Numbered from the stretch's first letter, positions 48,409 to 59,023 are shown. The stretch: 64,000 nt of DNA from Sedimentisphaerales bacterium (GCA_963666285.1 OY762711.1), one strand, 5' to 3'. Notes: generated by a model not told the origin, from the sequence alone. A program made the numbers and translations.

Positions 48409-50620
48409 AATAAGCCCTTGACTCATCGATAAAATTGACTTTTGCATATGCTATGCATTTTTTATCAGCATCATAAAACTTAACAATCAAAAAGCTGCGA
48501 CCTGTAAAAACAGCGTTTAAGGTTTCATCATTTTTTAATAATTCTTTATTTTCAGTATTCAGATTATTTCTTTGCCAAATATAAAAATTATCCGGAAATT
48601 CTTTAATAGAATATACAGAATCAGCCTCCAGTTCAGTTCTTTCGATAGCAACAAGCATATTTCTATGAGTCCATCTATAACTTCCTGAATAGTTATCATA
48701 AAAACTAAAACCATTAAAAAACAACAACTCGGCTTCAACTGGTTTATTGCCGGGCATTTTACTAATGTCAATTTCTACAGCTTTGATTTCATCTGCGATA
48801 CGTATTATGTTACCTTCCAGAATACAGGGAATAAAGGATCTGTCACGGTCAAGAAGCTTTTGAATACCTAGTTCCTGATTTATTATATCTTCTTCGTGCA
48901 AATATATCTTGTCACCATTAATTACTATAATTGCCGGACAATCTGAAATGTCAGGCATAAGAGATTCATCCTGATGATAACCGAATGGATAATCAACCAG
49001 GTCTTTAAATTGATAATTTACAAATAAAAGATTCTCAAATTCAAATCTCTTCATAATATTTGAAAACAACTTTGATAAATTTTCTTCCTGTCGTTTATAT
49101 GCATAATGATATACTTCAATGCTTACAATATCTGAAAAGTCAGATCTGATTATTTCAATTTTCGGCTCTACTTCATGAACTTTAGTCAGATATTTTGGTC
49201 TATCATCCGACTTCATAAATAGATTTGTAAATGTTGTATCGTTACATACAGTTTCTATCTGCTCCAGATAATCATCATTATAATCATCTCCAATGCAAGC
49301 TTTCATAAATCTCGACCTTGCTCGAACAAATAAACCTTTTTTCAAAAAATAATTACCCAATGCAAAGTTATAATTAGACTTGGAAGGGTTAACAAACAAT
49401 GCCGACAATAATTGCGTATATCCTTTTTTTAATTCATTTTGATGCAGGAATATTATGCCTAGACTATAATCTATGTCGCTCACTAAATACGGGCTTACTT
49501 CGAATTCCCGAACATATAATTTGCTGGTTTCCAGAATTTTTATTATATTTTTGGAATACGATTCATCTAATATGTATTTATCAACCTTCAGGATTATAGT
49601 TCGTATCGCATGTTCCTCACTGTAAAGTCTCACTAATGCATCAAGCACACTCTTATATAGAGACAGATCGGTTATTTCACCTCTAAATATTTTGTCTAAA
49701 ATTAAATCAATTCTTTGCGAGGCTAACAGCGACTCTGAACAACGATCAAAATATCGTTTAATTGCATTATAGTCATTATTATTTATGGCATTATTAAACT
49801 CAAACTCTAATATATCGATACTGGTACCAGAATTATGAGTTAAGTGAAACTGACGAGCTTCTTTATCTATAAATAATAAATAGTCCTTTAAGTAATTATT
49901 CCCAATTTTAATATCTGAAAAACTCTCGCGTATAAGATTACTATTATCCGCGGCTTTATATGCATAATTTATTGAACCCAAATGATCAAAAACGATTTTT
50001 CCATCATTACCGTCAGAAAGCAAAATATCATTAGATAACTGGCATAAATACGTTGTAGTTTTGAAACTAAAAGTATAATCATTTTCATTCTGCAAAGTAT
50101 CTTTGAAACAGGCAAAACCATTATTGCTCTTATAGTCAAAAGACATGTCATAATTATCTGGAAACTCGACATTGTCATAATATATTATCTTATTGCTGAA
50201 ATCATATATTATTTTATCCGAAAATAGATTAGCCCCTATAATTCCAACCACTGGATACCCTGTTGTATTAAGTATCTTTATTATCGATTTGACATTATCA
50301 GTACATTTTGCAAAACTGGCATCTTTTGCAGAAAATTTATTCCCGGTATCTGTTTCAAATATATAGTCGGCTTTCTTATCTTGCTTAAATTCTCCCTCAT
50401 AAGCACACAAAAAGCAAAAGGAAGTTTCCATGCCAACATCAATCAGAAATGATACATTATATTCATATCCGGCTGCATTTAATTTACCAGTAACATATGA
50501 TACGTCCTGGACCACCTTAAATTCCAGCATCTCGGCATGACAGTTTAAATTAAATATTATTAAAATAGATAAAATAAAAAGATGCAAAAATTTATTCTTA
50601 TGTAGAAAATGTAAGCTCAT
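48395..50620 (-). CDS. Secreted protein with a degenerate aspartyl-protease-like N-terminus and TPR-like repeats
   Basis: Signal peptide; FLIDVG (cf. FLxDTG) and GIIGANLF; TPR-like YSLG...LLSALF.NP...NFALGNYF. Confidence 0.55.
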   Translation of the reverse strand: MSLHFLHKNKFLHLFILSILIIFNLNCHAEMLEFKVVQDVSYVTGKLNAAGYEYNVSFLIDVGMETSFCFLCAYEGEFKQDKKADYIFETDTGNKFSAKDASFAKCTDNVKSIIKILNTTGYPVVGIIGANLFSDKIIYDFSNKIIYYDNVEFPDNYDMSFDYKSNNGFACFKDTLQNENDYTFSFKTTTYLCQLSNDILLSDGNDGKIVFDHLGSINYAYKAADNSNLIRESFSDIKIGNNYLKDYLLFIDKEARQFHLTHNSGTSIDILEFEFNNAINNNDYNAIKRYFDRCSESLLASQRIDLILDKIFRGEITDLSLYKSVLDALVRLYSEEHAIRTIILKVDKYILDESYSKNIIKILETSKLYVREFEVSPYLVSDIDYSLGIIFLHQNELKKGYTQLLSALFVNPSKSNYNFALGNYFLKKGLFVRARSRFMKACIGDDYNDDYLEQIETVCNDTTFTNLFMKSDDRPKYLTKVHEVEPKIEIIRSDFSDIVSIEVYHYAYKRQEENLSKLFSNIMKRFEFENLLFVNYQFKDLVDYPFGYHQDESLMPDISDCPAIIVINGDKIYLHEEDIINQELGIQKLLDRDRSFIPCILEGNIIRIADEIKAVEIDISKMPGNKPVEAELLFFNGFSFYDNYSGSYRWTHRNMLVAIERTELEADSVYSIKEFPDNFYIWQRNNLNTENKELLKNDETLNAVFTGRSFLIVKFYDADKKCIAYAKVNFIDESRAYYEYF

Positions 50621-50660
50621 TTAAATGATTGTGTATGATACACATCTGAAAAATATAATA

Positions 50661-52139
50661 TCAATAATGTTTGATTGCACTTTCAACTATCTTGTCAATA
50701 ACTGAATTCGATGCTGCTGGGCTGTTTGTCAATACCGAAAAAACAAGCCAATTCCCGGCATCAGTCTGGCAGTAACCGCTTAAGGTATTTGCGCCGGAAA
50801 TATACCCGGTTTTGCCATAAAGCCTGCCTGTATAGTCACTGAACCGTCTTTTCTTAGCAAGTGTACCTGACTCAGGGTTTGCTAGTGACTTTTTATATAT
50901 TTCGTAATACTCTGATTGAGAAATCTTTCGTAATACCTTGCAAAAACCGTTTGCACTCATTCGATTTTCATGGCTTAAACCGCAGCCGTCATCAATAATA
51001 TATTCATTCTCAGGAACTCCTGCTCTTTCCAGGTAATCCATTACTGCCGCACGACCGTTTGCCCAGCTTCCCGGTCGATATCGTTCTCCGGGTTTACCTG
51101 GATGATCCATTTCCGGATGACTATAAACTCCTATCGTCTTAAACAGGCATTCCGCAGCCAGATTCAAACTTCGCTTATTGCTCTCGTTAAGCACATCTAC
51201 AATTGATGTTTTATGTGCGTACAATTCTTCAAATGCTGCCGGGATATTCCCAGCTTTATCCGTTAACTGGCGAATTACAAGCTGGCCTTTTATCGCTATC
51301 CCGTATTTCAAAAGATATTCAGCAAGTAGAAATCCATGATACGCCGCCGGACGATCAACCGTAACATATATCGGTACTTTCAAAGCCGTCCGGCATTTAC
51401 CTATCAGCATAACCTCGTTAGTATCAAGTTTCCTCACAGCTCCAACCGCAGTTTTCCCGCTGGTTGTCGTCTTACAGGTATTCTCAATCGCTAAATACCC
51501 TGTATCTGGAAAAAGCTTATAGTTTGCAGGCTTACCTTGCGAGCCCGGACTAAACAATATATCGACACAATTGTCATTAAAGTTCAGACCTGAAACCTGG
51601 GCTTCATACCAACGGTTCGCCTGGCTTTCCGGCCAGGATGGATGAAATCTAACATCATCAAAGATAAATGAGTCAACTACCAGGTCTCCTTCAATCTCTG
51701 ATATTCCTTTAGCCGAAAGTGCATTATATACTGCACGAAATATCTCAAATATATCACTGCCGTTCCTTTCCGCCAGAACCGGGTCTCCTGTCAACGGATC
51801 TCCTGACCCTATTATGACCAGGTCCTTGCCAAACAGGCCGTAGCGGGTAACATAGTCAAAATCTTCACCCAGTACGGATAATGCTGTCGCTGTTGTCAAA
51901 AGCTTCAAGTTACTTGCGGGTTTCAGCGGCGTACTGCTGTTATAACTGTATACACTTTCGCCAGAATCCAAACGGTTAAATGAAATCGAAAATTCCGGCT
52001 TCGCCTTAGCTTTTCTGGCATTAGCAACTATCGAATCTATGCTTTCGGCATATATAATACCTGAAAGCAAAAATACAAGTATGGGAATAATCTTTTCTTT
52101 CCTGCTAACATGTTTCATAGCTGATAAAAGAACCTTCAC
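50661..52139 (-). CDS. dacB: D-alanyl-D-alanine carboxypeptidase/endopeptidase (PBP4, peptidase S13)
   Basis: PASNLK (SxxK), GSGDP, SLN (SxN), DGCGLS and KTG motifs. Confidence 0.93.
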   Translation of the reverse strand: MKVLLSAMKHVSRKEKIIPILVFLLSGIIYAESIDSIVANARKAKAKPEFSISFNRLDSGESVYSYNSSTPLKPASNLKLLTTATALSVLGEDFDYVTRYGLFGKDLVIIGSGDPLTGDPVLAERNGSDIFEIFRAVYNALSAKGISEIEGDLVVDSFIFDDVRFHPSWPESQANRWYEAQVSGLNFNDNCVDILFSPGSQGKPANYKLFPDTGYLAIENTCKTTTSGKTAVGAVRKLDTNEVMLIGKCRTALKVPIYVTVDRPAAYHGFLLAEYLLKYGIAIKGQLVIRQLTDKAGNIPAAFEELYAHKTSIVDVLNESNKRSLNLAAECLFKTIGVYSHPEMDHPGKPGERYRPGSWANGRAAVMDYLERAGVPENEYIIDDGCGLSHENRMSANGFCKVLRKISQSEYYEIYKKSLANPESGTLAKKRRFSDYTGRLYGKTGYISGANTLSGYCQTDAGNWLVFSVLTNSPAASNSVIDKIVESAIKHY

Positions 52140-52142
52140 TGA

Positions 52143-53141
52143 TTAACCCTTGTCTACCTTCCAGCAAGCGCACCAGTGTCCCGGCTCAACCTCTACTAGA
52201 GGCGGTTCTTCTGCGAAACATTTTTCAAAACCCTGACAATGCTCGCATCTGGTATTAAACTTACATCCTTTGGGAAACTCCAGTGGATCTGGCACCACAC
52301 CCGGTATCACATCCAGCCTGTCACGCTTCTCGTTAAGCTTTGGCAGGCTGTTCAGCAATCCCTTGGTATAAGGATGCAGTGGTTTCTTAAACGTAGTAAC
52401 AACATCAGTCTTCTCGACGATCTTGGAAGCATACATTACTGCAACCTCATCGGCATTTTCTGCCACTACCCCCAGGTCGTGCGTTATCAATATTACACTC
52501 ATATTATTCTGCTTCTGCAGGTCTTTTATCAAATCCAGAATCTGTGCCTGTATTGTTACATCCAGTGCCGTTGTCGGTTCGTCTGCTATCAGCAGTGCCG
52601 GATCGCAGCTTAGAGCCATTGCTATCATAACACGTTGACGCATTCCACCCGACAACTGATGGGGATACTCATTTACCCGCTTTTGCGGATCGGATATACC
52701 AACTTTTCGCAGCATTTCCACCGCATGCTTCAAGGCATCATGTTTATTTTTATTCTGATGCAGCATTACTGCCTCGGCTATCTGGTCTCCAACCGTATAA
52801 ACCGGGTTCAGCGATGTCATCGGTTCCTGGAAAATCATTGCTATATCATTGCCGCGAATACTCCTCATACGCTTCTCGGTATAGTCCAGCAGGTTCATCC
52901 CTCGAAACAATATCTTGCCGTTATCAACCATTCCCGGCGGCATCGGAATCAGCCGCAAGATTGACATCGCCGTTACGCTTTTGCCGCAACCGCTCTCTCC
53001 TACAACTGCCAGGGTCTTTCCTGAATATGCCGAATAACTTACATCATTTACTACTGTCACCTTACCGGCTTCTGTCTTAAATGATACTGTCAAATTTCTA
53101 ATTTCCAGTAATGGAATCGATTCTGTCATTTTTGTCACCAA
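52143..53141 (-). CDS. oppD: Oligopeptide/dipeptide ABC transporter ATP-binding protein
   Basis: GESGCGKS, FQEPMTSLNP, LSGGMRQR, DEPTTALD, HPYT and the C-terminal Cys cluster. Confidence 0.92.
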   Translation of the reverse strand: MVTKMTESIPLLEIRNLTVSFKTEAGKVTVVNDVSYSAYSGKTLAVVGESGCGKSVTAMSILRLIPMPPGMVDNGKILFRGMNLLDYTEKRMRSIRGNDIAMIFQEPMTSLNPVYTVGDQIAEAVMLHQNKNKHDALKHAVEMLRKVGISDPQKRVNEYPHQLSGGMRQRVMIAMALSCDPALLIADEPTTALDVTIQAQILDLIKDLQKQNNMSVILITHDLGVVAENADEVAVMYASKIVEKTDVVTTFKKPLHPYTKGLLNSLPKLNEKRDRLDVIPGVVPDPLEFPKGCKFNTRCEHCQGFEKCFAEEPPLVEVEPGHWCACWKVDKG

Positions 53142-53254
53142 AAAATACTATTAAAAATATATTTACTTTTGTATTTTATTCTAGTTCAGTTCCGCATTTT
53201 GCGAACACCTTAACTTTTCAATCATACAAGCTGGACTTACTGCCTGTCTATAAA

Positions 53255-54325
53255 TTACCTGTTCTTTAATCTCGGATCTATCGCATCTCGCAATGCATCT
53301 CCAACAAGGTTATAGCTAAACACACCAAGGAATATAGCTATACACGGTGGATACATCAAGTGCGGCGCTGTTTGCAGATAAGATGTTGCCACCCGAAGAA
53401 TATTACCCCACGAAGGCGCCGGTGGCTGTACGCCAAAGCCAAGCCAGCTCAATCCGGCCTCGGTCAAAATCGCAGCAGCGATACCAAAAGTTATACTTAC
53501 CATAACCGGTGCCAGGGAATTCGGCAGCATATGCTTGAACATTATCCGCAGATCACCAAAACCCAATGACTTCGCCGCTAATACATAATCTGCATTTTTC
53601 AGCCTGATAAACTCACCTCGCGTATACCTCGCAATCGAAGTCCAGCGAGTCAAACCTATCACTATCATCACATTATTAATATTCGGTTCCAGCCATACCA
53701 TAATAATTAAAATAAGGAAAAACAGCGGAAAACATATCACAATTTCTATTACCCTGCTTATGATTATATCTACCCAGCCGCCGAAATAACCGGCCAGCCC
53801 GCCTATGAAAATTCCAACTGCTGCCGCAATCCCCATTGAGATAAATCCTACCCGGACCGCCACACTTGTACCATGTATCATTCTCGACGCCAAGTCTCTC
53901 CCGACATGATCTGTTCCCAGCCAGTGCTTCGCTGATGGTGGTGCAGGCCAGCAGCCACAGTTATCATCTATCTCGTATTCACCAAATGGTATCAGCGGCC
54001 ATATCGCCCAATTGTCTTCATTTGCTTCCAGGGCCGCCTTGACATTAAATGACGGTTTATCGAAATCGCCGCCTATCTTGATCCAGTGATCCACCAGACC
54101 TCTTGACTGAAATATCTGGATTATACCGGGAAAATACATCTTCCCTTCATATTTACAGATTATCGGCTTATCATTCGCAAGTAGCGGGCTGAATATCGTT
54201 ACCGCAAACATCAGCAGTACAAAACATAGACCTGCCATTGCCCGGCGGTTCTTTTTTAATCTATGCCAGATAATAGCGCGAAAACTTTTTGATTTTTGTG
54301 TTTCTTCTTGTTGTTTTTCTTCCAT
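53255..54325 (-). CDS. oppC: Oligopeptide ABC transporter permease
   Basis: HWLGTD..GRD, EAA-loop region YVLAAKSLG, HMLPN and GDALRDAIDP. Confidence 0.92.
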   Translation of the reverse strand: MEEKQQEETQKSKSFRAIIWHRLKKNRRAMAGLCFVLLMFAVTIFSPLLANDKPIICKYEGKMYFPGIIQIFQSRGLVDHWIKIGGDFDKPSFNVKAALEANEDNWAIWPLIPFGEYEIDDNCGCWPAPPSAKHWLGTDHVGRDLASRMIHGTSVAVRVGFISMGIAAAVGIFIGGLAGYFGGWVDIIISRVIEIVICFPLFFLILIIMVWLEPNINNVMIVIGLTRWTSIARYTRGEFIRLKNADYVLAAKSLGFGDLRIMFKHMLPNSLAPVMVSITFGIAAAILTEAGLSWLGFGVQPPAPSWGNILRVATSYLQTAPHLMYPPCIAIFLGVFSYNLVGDALRDAIDPRLKNR

Positions 54326-54399
54326 TTTTACGCCTTTGGTAAGTCTTTTGCCTTTTGGCTAACACCTTGACTTTAATTCATTACATTTTCTAAACCTGA

Positions 54400-55473
54400 T
54401 CAATCATATTTTATTCTTGGATCTATCAGACCATAACTCAAATCTGCCAGCAGTGTGCCAAGCAGTACCAATGACGCCGTTATTGTCGTCAATGCCATTA
54501 CGGTTGTAAAATCCCTAATCATTATACTCTCAAACATCAAACGCCCCATGCCAGGCCAAGAAAATATCGTCTCCAGTATTACTGAACCGCCTACAATTGC
54601 CGGCAGTATCATACCCATCAAGGTCACTACTGGAATCAAAGTATTCCTGAATACATGTTTTATCGTTATATCAGCCTCGCTTACTCCTTTTGCCCTCGCC
54701 GTCCGAACATAATCCTGCCTTACAACTTCGAGCATGTTCTGGCGTACAAATCGTGAATAATACGCCCAAGCTCCATAACTGCTGCACAAACCTATCAATA
54801 CATAATGTTTTGCCAGGTCAAGAAATTGCCCCCACGCATTCATCTCATCAAAACCTTCTGACCGCATACCCTGAAACGGCAATAGCTTTAATTGAACCGC
54901 AAAAATCAATATCAACGGCAAGGCCATTACATAAGAAGGCACGGAATACAGTGCATACAATATAGTACTCGATATTTTATCAAAAGCACTATCCTGCTTC
55001 ATAGCCTGTAAAATGCCTATTGGAATAGCCAAAACTAAACTTGAACCTATAGCAAGTAGGGCCAGAGACATTGTAGCCCAAAACCGGGAACGCCAGAATT
55101 CGCCTGCACTCTTACCAAACATCTTTTCTGATACCGGCCTCCGGTCTGGCGCCATAGATGTTCCAAAATCGCCAAATAGCATGCCCTTAACACGATTTTC
55201 TTCATTTATTACTTCGCCTGCTTCATTATACTCCTTCGGATGACCTACCAGCCAGTACCAGTATCGCAATGGTATCGGTTTATCAAGCAGCAGTTCTTTA
55301 CGCAGCATCTGATATGCTTCCTGGCTCATATCACTGCTTATCTGACCTCCTGCCTGGGCTGCAATCATCGCCGGGTCACCAGGCGCAAGCGCCATTGTCA
55401 AAAATGTTATGACCGTTATACCGAACATTGTCGGTATTGCTAATAATAATCTTTTTAGAATATACTTTATCAT
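54400..55473 (-). CDS. oppB: Oligopeptide ABC transporter permease
   Basis: YILKRLL, PGDP, GDFGTS, QDYVRTARAKG, ETIFSWPGMG and DPRI; ATG 55473 likely. Confidence 0.92.
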   Translation of the reverse strand: MIKYILKRLLLAIPTMFGITVITFLTMALAPGDPAMIAAQAGGQISSDMSQEAYQMLRKELLLDKPIPLRYWYWLVGHPKEYNEAGEVINEENRVKGMLFGDFGTSMAPDRRPVSEKMFGKSAGEFWRSRFWATMSLALLAIGSSLVLAIPIGILQAMKQDSAFDKISSTILYALYSVPSYVMALPLILIFAVQLKLLPFQGMRSEGFDEMNAWGQFLDLAKHYVLIGLCSSYGAWAYYSRFVRQNMLEVVRQDYVRTARAKGVSEADITIKHVFRNTLIPVVTLMGMILPAIVGGSVILETIFSWPGMGRLMFESIMIRDFTTVMALTTITASLVLLGTLLADLSYGLIDPRIKYD

Positions 55474-55545
55474 TAGTTTTCTTTCACATTTCAATTTGAT
55501 ACTAACGCAGTGAGATTACGACTGCACCGTATCTATTAACTGCCG

Positions 55546-57447
55546 CTATTTATCTTTAACTGGCCGCATTTCCTCACCCTTCGGCACCCACAGGCTTCTG
55601 AAACCCGGCGCCGTGGTACTGCAAAAACCAAAACTGTTAAACAACATGCCACGCATACGTTTGTGTACTATTGAAACTGATAAGCGATTACTGGCAAATA
55701 AATATGGCTGGTCATCATAAATAATCTTATGTATCTTACGGTATATCTCTGCCCGTTTCTCATGATCAAATTCCAGCATCCCTTCTTCATACAATTTATC
55801 TACTTCAGGATTGGCATAACCTCCATAATTCCTGCCATTGTCATAATCGATTATTCGCCAGCAGCCTTTACCGCCATCTGGATCAGTACCCGAACCCCAC
55901 GCTGCCCCCCACGACTGCACATCATGCTTGAGAACTCTGTCCATAAAACTGGTCCACTCCATCAGCCTTACTTTCATATCTACCCCAATTTTTCGTAAAT
56001 CCGTCTGATATACAGTTGTAGAAGGCCTCGGCAGACCATTCGATGGTGTTGACAAATATGTATATTCAAACTTCCTTCGCTCTTTTTTCTCTTCTTTAAC
56101 CTTTTCGCCATCTTTACATTTGTATTCTGAATCATCAGCCAAAAATACTTTTCTAATCTTTGTTACCGGATCTCCCGTCAACTCATCAACTTCCTCATTT
56201 TCCACCAGTACGTACCGAACATCCTTGTAACGCCAACCATCACTTTCCAGCATCCATCCGGCCTCGTCCAGCATCTGGGCGGCCTTTTCCAGATCATAGT
56301 TAATTGGATCTACTTTATCATTAAACATCCATGACGTTGGATGATAGTTGCCATTGCATTTTGTTATCAGGTTATAGTACAGCTTGGTCTTTATCAGATC
56401 AAAATTATACGCATGAGCCAAAGCTCGTCTAACTTTTTTATCCAGGAAAAATGGATTCGAACCATCCATGTTCCATCCCTGATAGTCATATATCCACTCA
56501 GGCATCACGTACTTGCGGCCTATAGCGGCAAATTCTTCATCATTGGTCTCTCTCGCACACTGCTTTGCTAACAGCACATACATAGCATCAATATCTCCTG
56601 ACTTAAACGCCAGCAGCGCCATCGAAACATCTGGTACTATCTTATAAATAATTCTTTTCAGATATGGTTTTGGTCCGGGGTAATCTTCCCAACGCTCAAA
56701 TACAATCTTATCATTTTCTACCCACTCAATAATCTTATAAGGACCATTACCAACTGGGTTCACTGCAAGGTTCTGATAGTATTTGCCCTTCTTCAAATCT
56801 GGGTTAGCTTCCATATCTTTTTCAAATAAGTGCTTTGGTATCGGACATCCGGGATACGTCACCAGTTCCCGCCTGGTAGCCATAGGTTTATTTAGATAAT
56901 ACTTTACTGTAAGTTCATCTATTGCCTCTGCCTTATCAATATTAACTACCTCTGTCTTGAATGTATAACACGGTACCTTATCATTTTTTAGCATATCAAC
57001 TGTAAACACAAGGTCCGCAGAGGTCAGCGGATGACCATCCTGCCAGGTCAAACCTTCTTTCAGTTTTACCGTGATAATCTTGTGGTCCTCGGTCTCTTCC
57101 CAACTTTCCACCATATTAGGATTATGGTACATATTCAGCTTGGTATCTACCTCGAAAATACCATCATAAACAAGCGACATCAGAATATTATCGTAACCAG
57201 AAGAAACAAACAGCGGATTTGCTGTACTTGGCCCGCTCCTAAACGATATTATAAACGTTTCGTCCATCGCTATCTTACTTAGATCGTCCGGCGCCTGCTC
57301 AAACATCTCCGGAGTATTTACCAGCGGATCCTTATCCGGGTCATATTCACTATCATACTTCTCAGTACATCCGCCCAAAACGGCAAACAATGCCAATACC
57401 AAAACAAATAATGTTTTTCTAAATATTTCTTTTATCATACTAAACAC
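55546..57447 (-). CDS. oppA: Oligopeptide ABC transporter substrate-binding lipoprotein
   Basis: Lipobox LGGC; WQDGHPLTSAD, PVGNGPY, VRRALAHA, LDEAGW and GYANPEVD. Confidence 0.9.
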   Translation of the reverse strand: MFSMIKEIFRKTLFVLVLALFAVLGGCTEKYDSEYDPDKDPLVNTPEMFEQAPDDLSKIAMDETFIISFRSGPSTANPLFVSSGYDNILMSLVYDGIFEVDTKLNMYHNPNMVESWEETEDHKIITVKLKEGLTWQDGHPLTSADLVFTVDMLKNDKVPCYTFKTEVVNIDKAEAIDELTVKYYLNKPMATRRELVTYPGCPIPKHLFEKDMEANPDLKKGKYYQNLAVNPVGNGPYKIIEWVENDKIVFERWEDYPGPKPYLKRIIYKIVPDVSMALLAFKSGDIDAMYVLLAKQCARETNDEEFAAIGRKYVMPEWIYDYQGWNMDGSNPFFLDKKVRRALAHAYNFDLIKTKLYYNLITKCNGNYHPTSWMFNDKVDPINYDLEKAAQMLDEAGWMLESDGWRYKDVRYVLVENEEVDELTGDPVTKIRKVFLADDSEYKCKDGEKVKEEKKERRKFEYTYLSTPSNGLPRPSTTVYQTDLRKIGVDMKVRLMEWTSFMDRVLKHDVQSWGAAWGSGTDPDGGKGCWRIIDYDNGRNYGGYANPEVDKLYEEGMLEFDHEKRAEIYRKIHKIIYDDQPYLFASNRLSVSIVHKRMRGMLFNSFGFCSTTAPGFRSLWVPKGEEMRPVKDK

Positions 57448-57509
57448 TTAATAAATAATATTGTTATATAAAATCGATAGCAAAAACTTATCTATATTTC
57501 ATGAATTGC

Positions 57510-58559
57510 TTACTTCCAATGCACCGCGCCTATATCAGCACTCGTCCCGTCATCCCACTTATGCTCGCGGATCTTCTCTCCTATCATTTCTGCCAGCTCC
57601 ATTGCCATTACGGCATCTTCCGCCGAAACCTCCGGTCTGGACTTCTCCTGAACTGACTTGACAAACGCTTCCTGCTCCAGCCTCAACGGCTCGGAATCAT
57701 CTATATCTAAATTCTCAACTTTTATCATATTCGTCCAGTCAGCACCATTCAGCTCAAGCTCTCCTTCGGAGTTCATATGCTTGCGTATCTCCTGCAGCAT
57801 ATCAATATTAGCCGTCTTACTGATCACGGTCCCGGTCTTCTTGAAATAATCCAGCGACAGATAAGCATCCTCGCTGAATACCCTTACCTTTCGTTCTGTC
57901 TTTAACGCCAGACGCGATGCTGTCATATTTGCCACACACCCGCTCTCAAACACTATTCGCACATTCGCGATATCTTCATGTTTGCCGATTACATTCACAC
58001 CCGCAGCCGAAATACTTTTTATTGGCGACTTCGCCATCGATAGGATAATATCAATATCATGGATCATCATATCCAGAACCACGCCAATATCTGTCGAACG
58101 GAAAGTAAACGGTGAAATTCGCTGTGACTCGATAAACCTGGGCTTGAAATTCAATCGTTTCATCGCCTGGGCTACCGGGTTGAACCGTTCCGAATAACCT
58201 ACCTGCAATACGCAATTATTAGTCTTCGACAACTCCAGCATCTCACGGGCAACTTCCAGGGAATCTGCCAGCGGCTTTTCTACCAAAACGGCAATTCCTC
58301 TTTCCAGAAACGGCTTCGCTATCGAATAATGATGTTCGGTGGGAACCGAGACCGTTATAGCGTCAATCTGATCCAGCAGCTCTGCCGGATCAGAAAAAGC
58401 TGATGTACCATATTCGGATGCGACCTCTTTTGCCTTTTCAAGGTTCGCATCAACCACACCAACCAGCTCTACCTGGTCCATCTGGCTGTATATCCGGCTA
58501 TGCAGTTTCCCCATTCTTCCTGCACCAACCACGGCTGTTTTCACTTTATTTACGGTCAT
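57510..58559 (-). CDS. Gfo/Idh/MocA NAD(P)-dependent oxidoreductase (GnnA-like)
   Basis: VVGAGRMG..H, VPTEHH, VEKP, ERFNP and VVLDMMIHDID. Confidence 0.85.
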   Translation of the reverse strand: MTVNKVKTAVVGAGRMGKLHSRIYSQMDQVELVGVVDANLEKAKEVASEYGTSAFSDPAELLDQIDAITVSVPTEHHYSIAKPFLERGIAVLVEKPLADSLEVAREMLELSKTNNCVLQVGYSERFNPVAQAMKRLNFKPRFIESQRISPFTFRSTDIGVVLDMMIHDIDIILSMAKSPIKSISAAGVNVIGKHEDIANVRIVFESGCVANMTASRLALKTERKVRVFSEDAYLSLDYFKKTGTVISKTANIDMLQEIRKHMNSEGELELNGADWTNMIKVENLDIDDSEPLRLEQEAFVKSVQEKSRPEVSAEDAVMAMELAEMIGEKIREHKWDDGTSADIGAVHWK

Positions 58560-58994
58560 AATATGACTTTTCCGTATATTCGGTATAAAATATTGACAAT
58601 AAATGCATTACATAATATTAAACTATATATTTCAATGGAAATTAGCCCTGTTGTCAAGACAACTTTTCTCCCGTGTAAAATAAATTTTACTATCAGACTA
58701 TTATTCAATTTTTCTGAATTATTCTTTAATTATTCTCTTACACATTAGCCACTGATAAAACTATTTAACATGTCTTCAAATTTTCATCTCAACTGCAATA
58801 TGTTCGTTATACGCTAGCCTCATACCTCTGCTTATTTCTTATTACTTCCCCCTATCCCATTAACAGTTAAAAATGCCCGCTCGAGCCCGGTATAAATGAT
58901 TACACTATCATTATTTACCTTTCTGGCGATCGGGCAAGCTCATACACTCCTCCTGCAATTACTCAAAATAATATCAATCTTTTATGAAAAATAT

Positions 58995-59023
58995 TTGACT
59001 AAAACCAAAACAAGAGATATAGT
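58995..59023 (+). promoter_or_regulatory. Near-consensus sigma70 promoter with no adjacent CDS
   Basis: TTGACT (58995-59000), 17 nt spacer, TATAGT (59018-59023); AT-rich upstream. Confidence 0.65.

Noticed and set aside
58860..58945. Integron attC site
   Set aside because: No RYYYAAC / GTTRRRY core pair around the hairpin, and no integrase or cassette array in the window.
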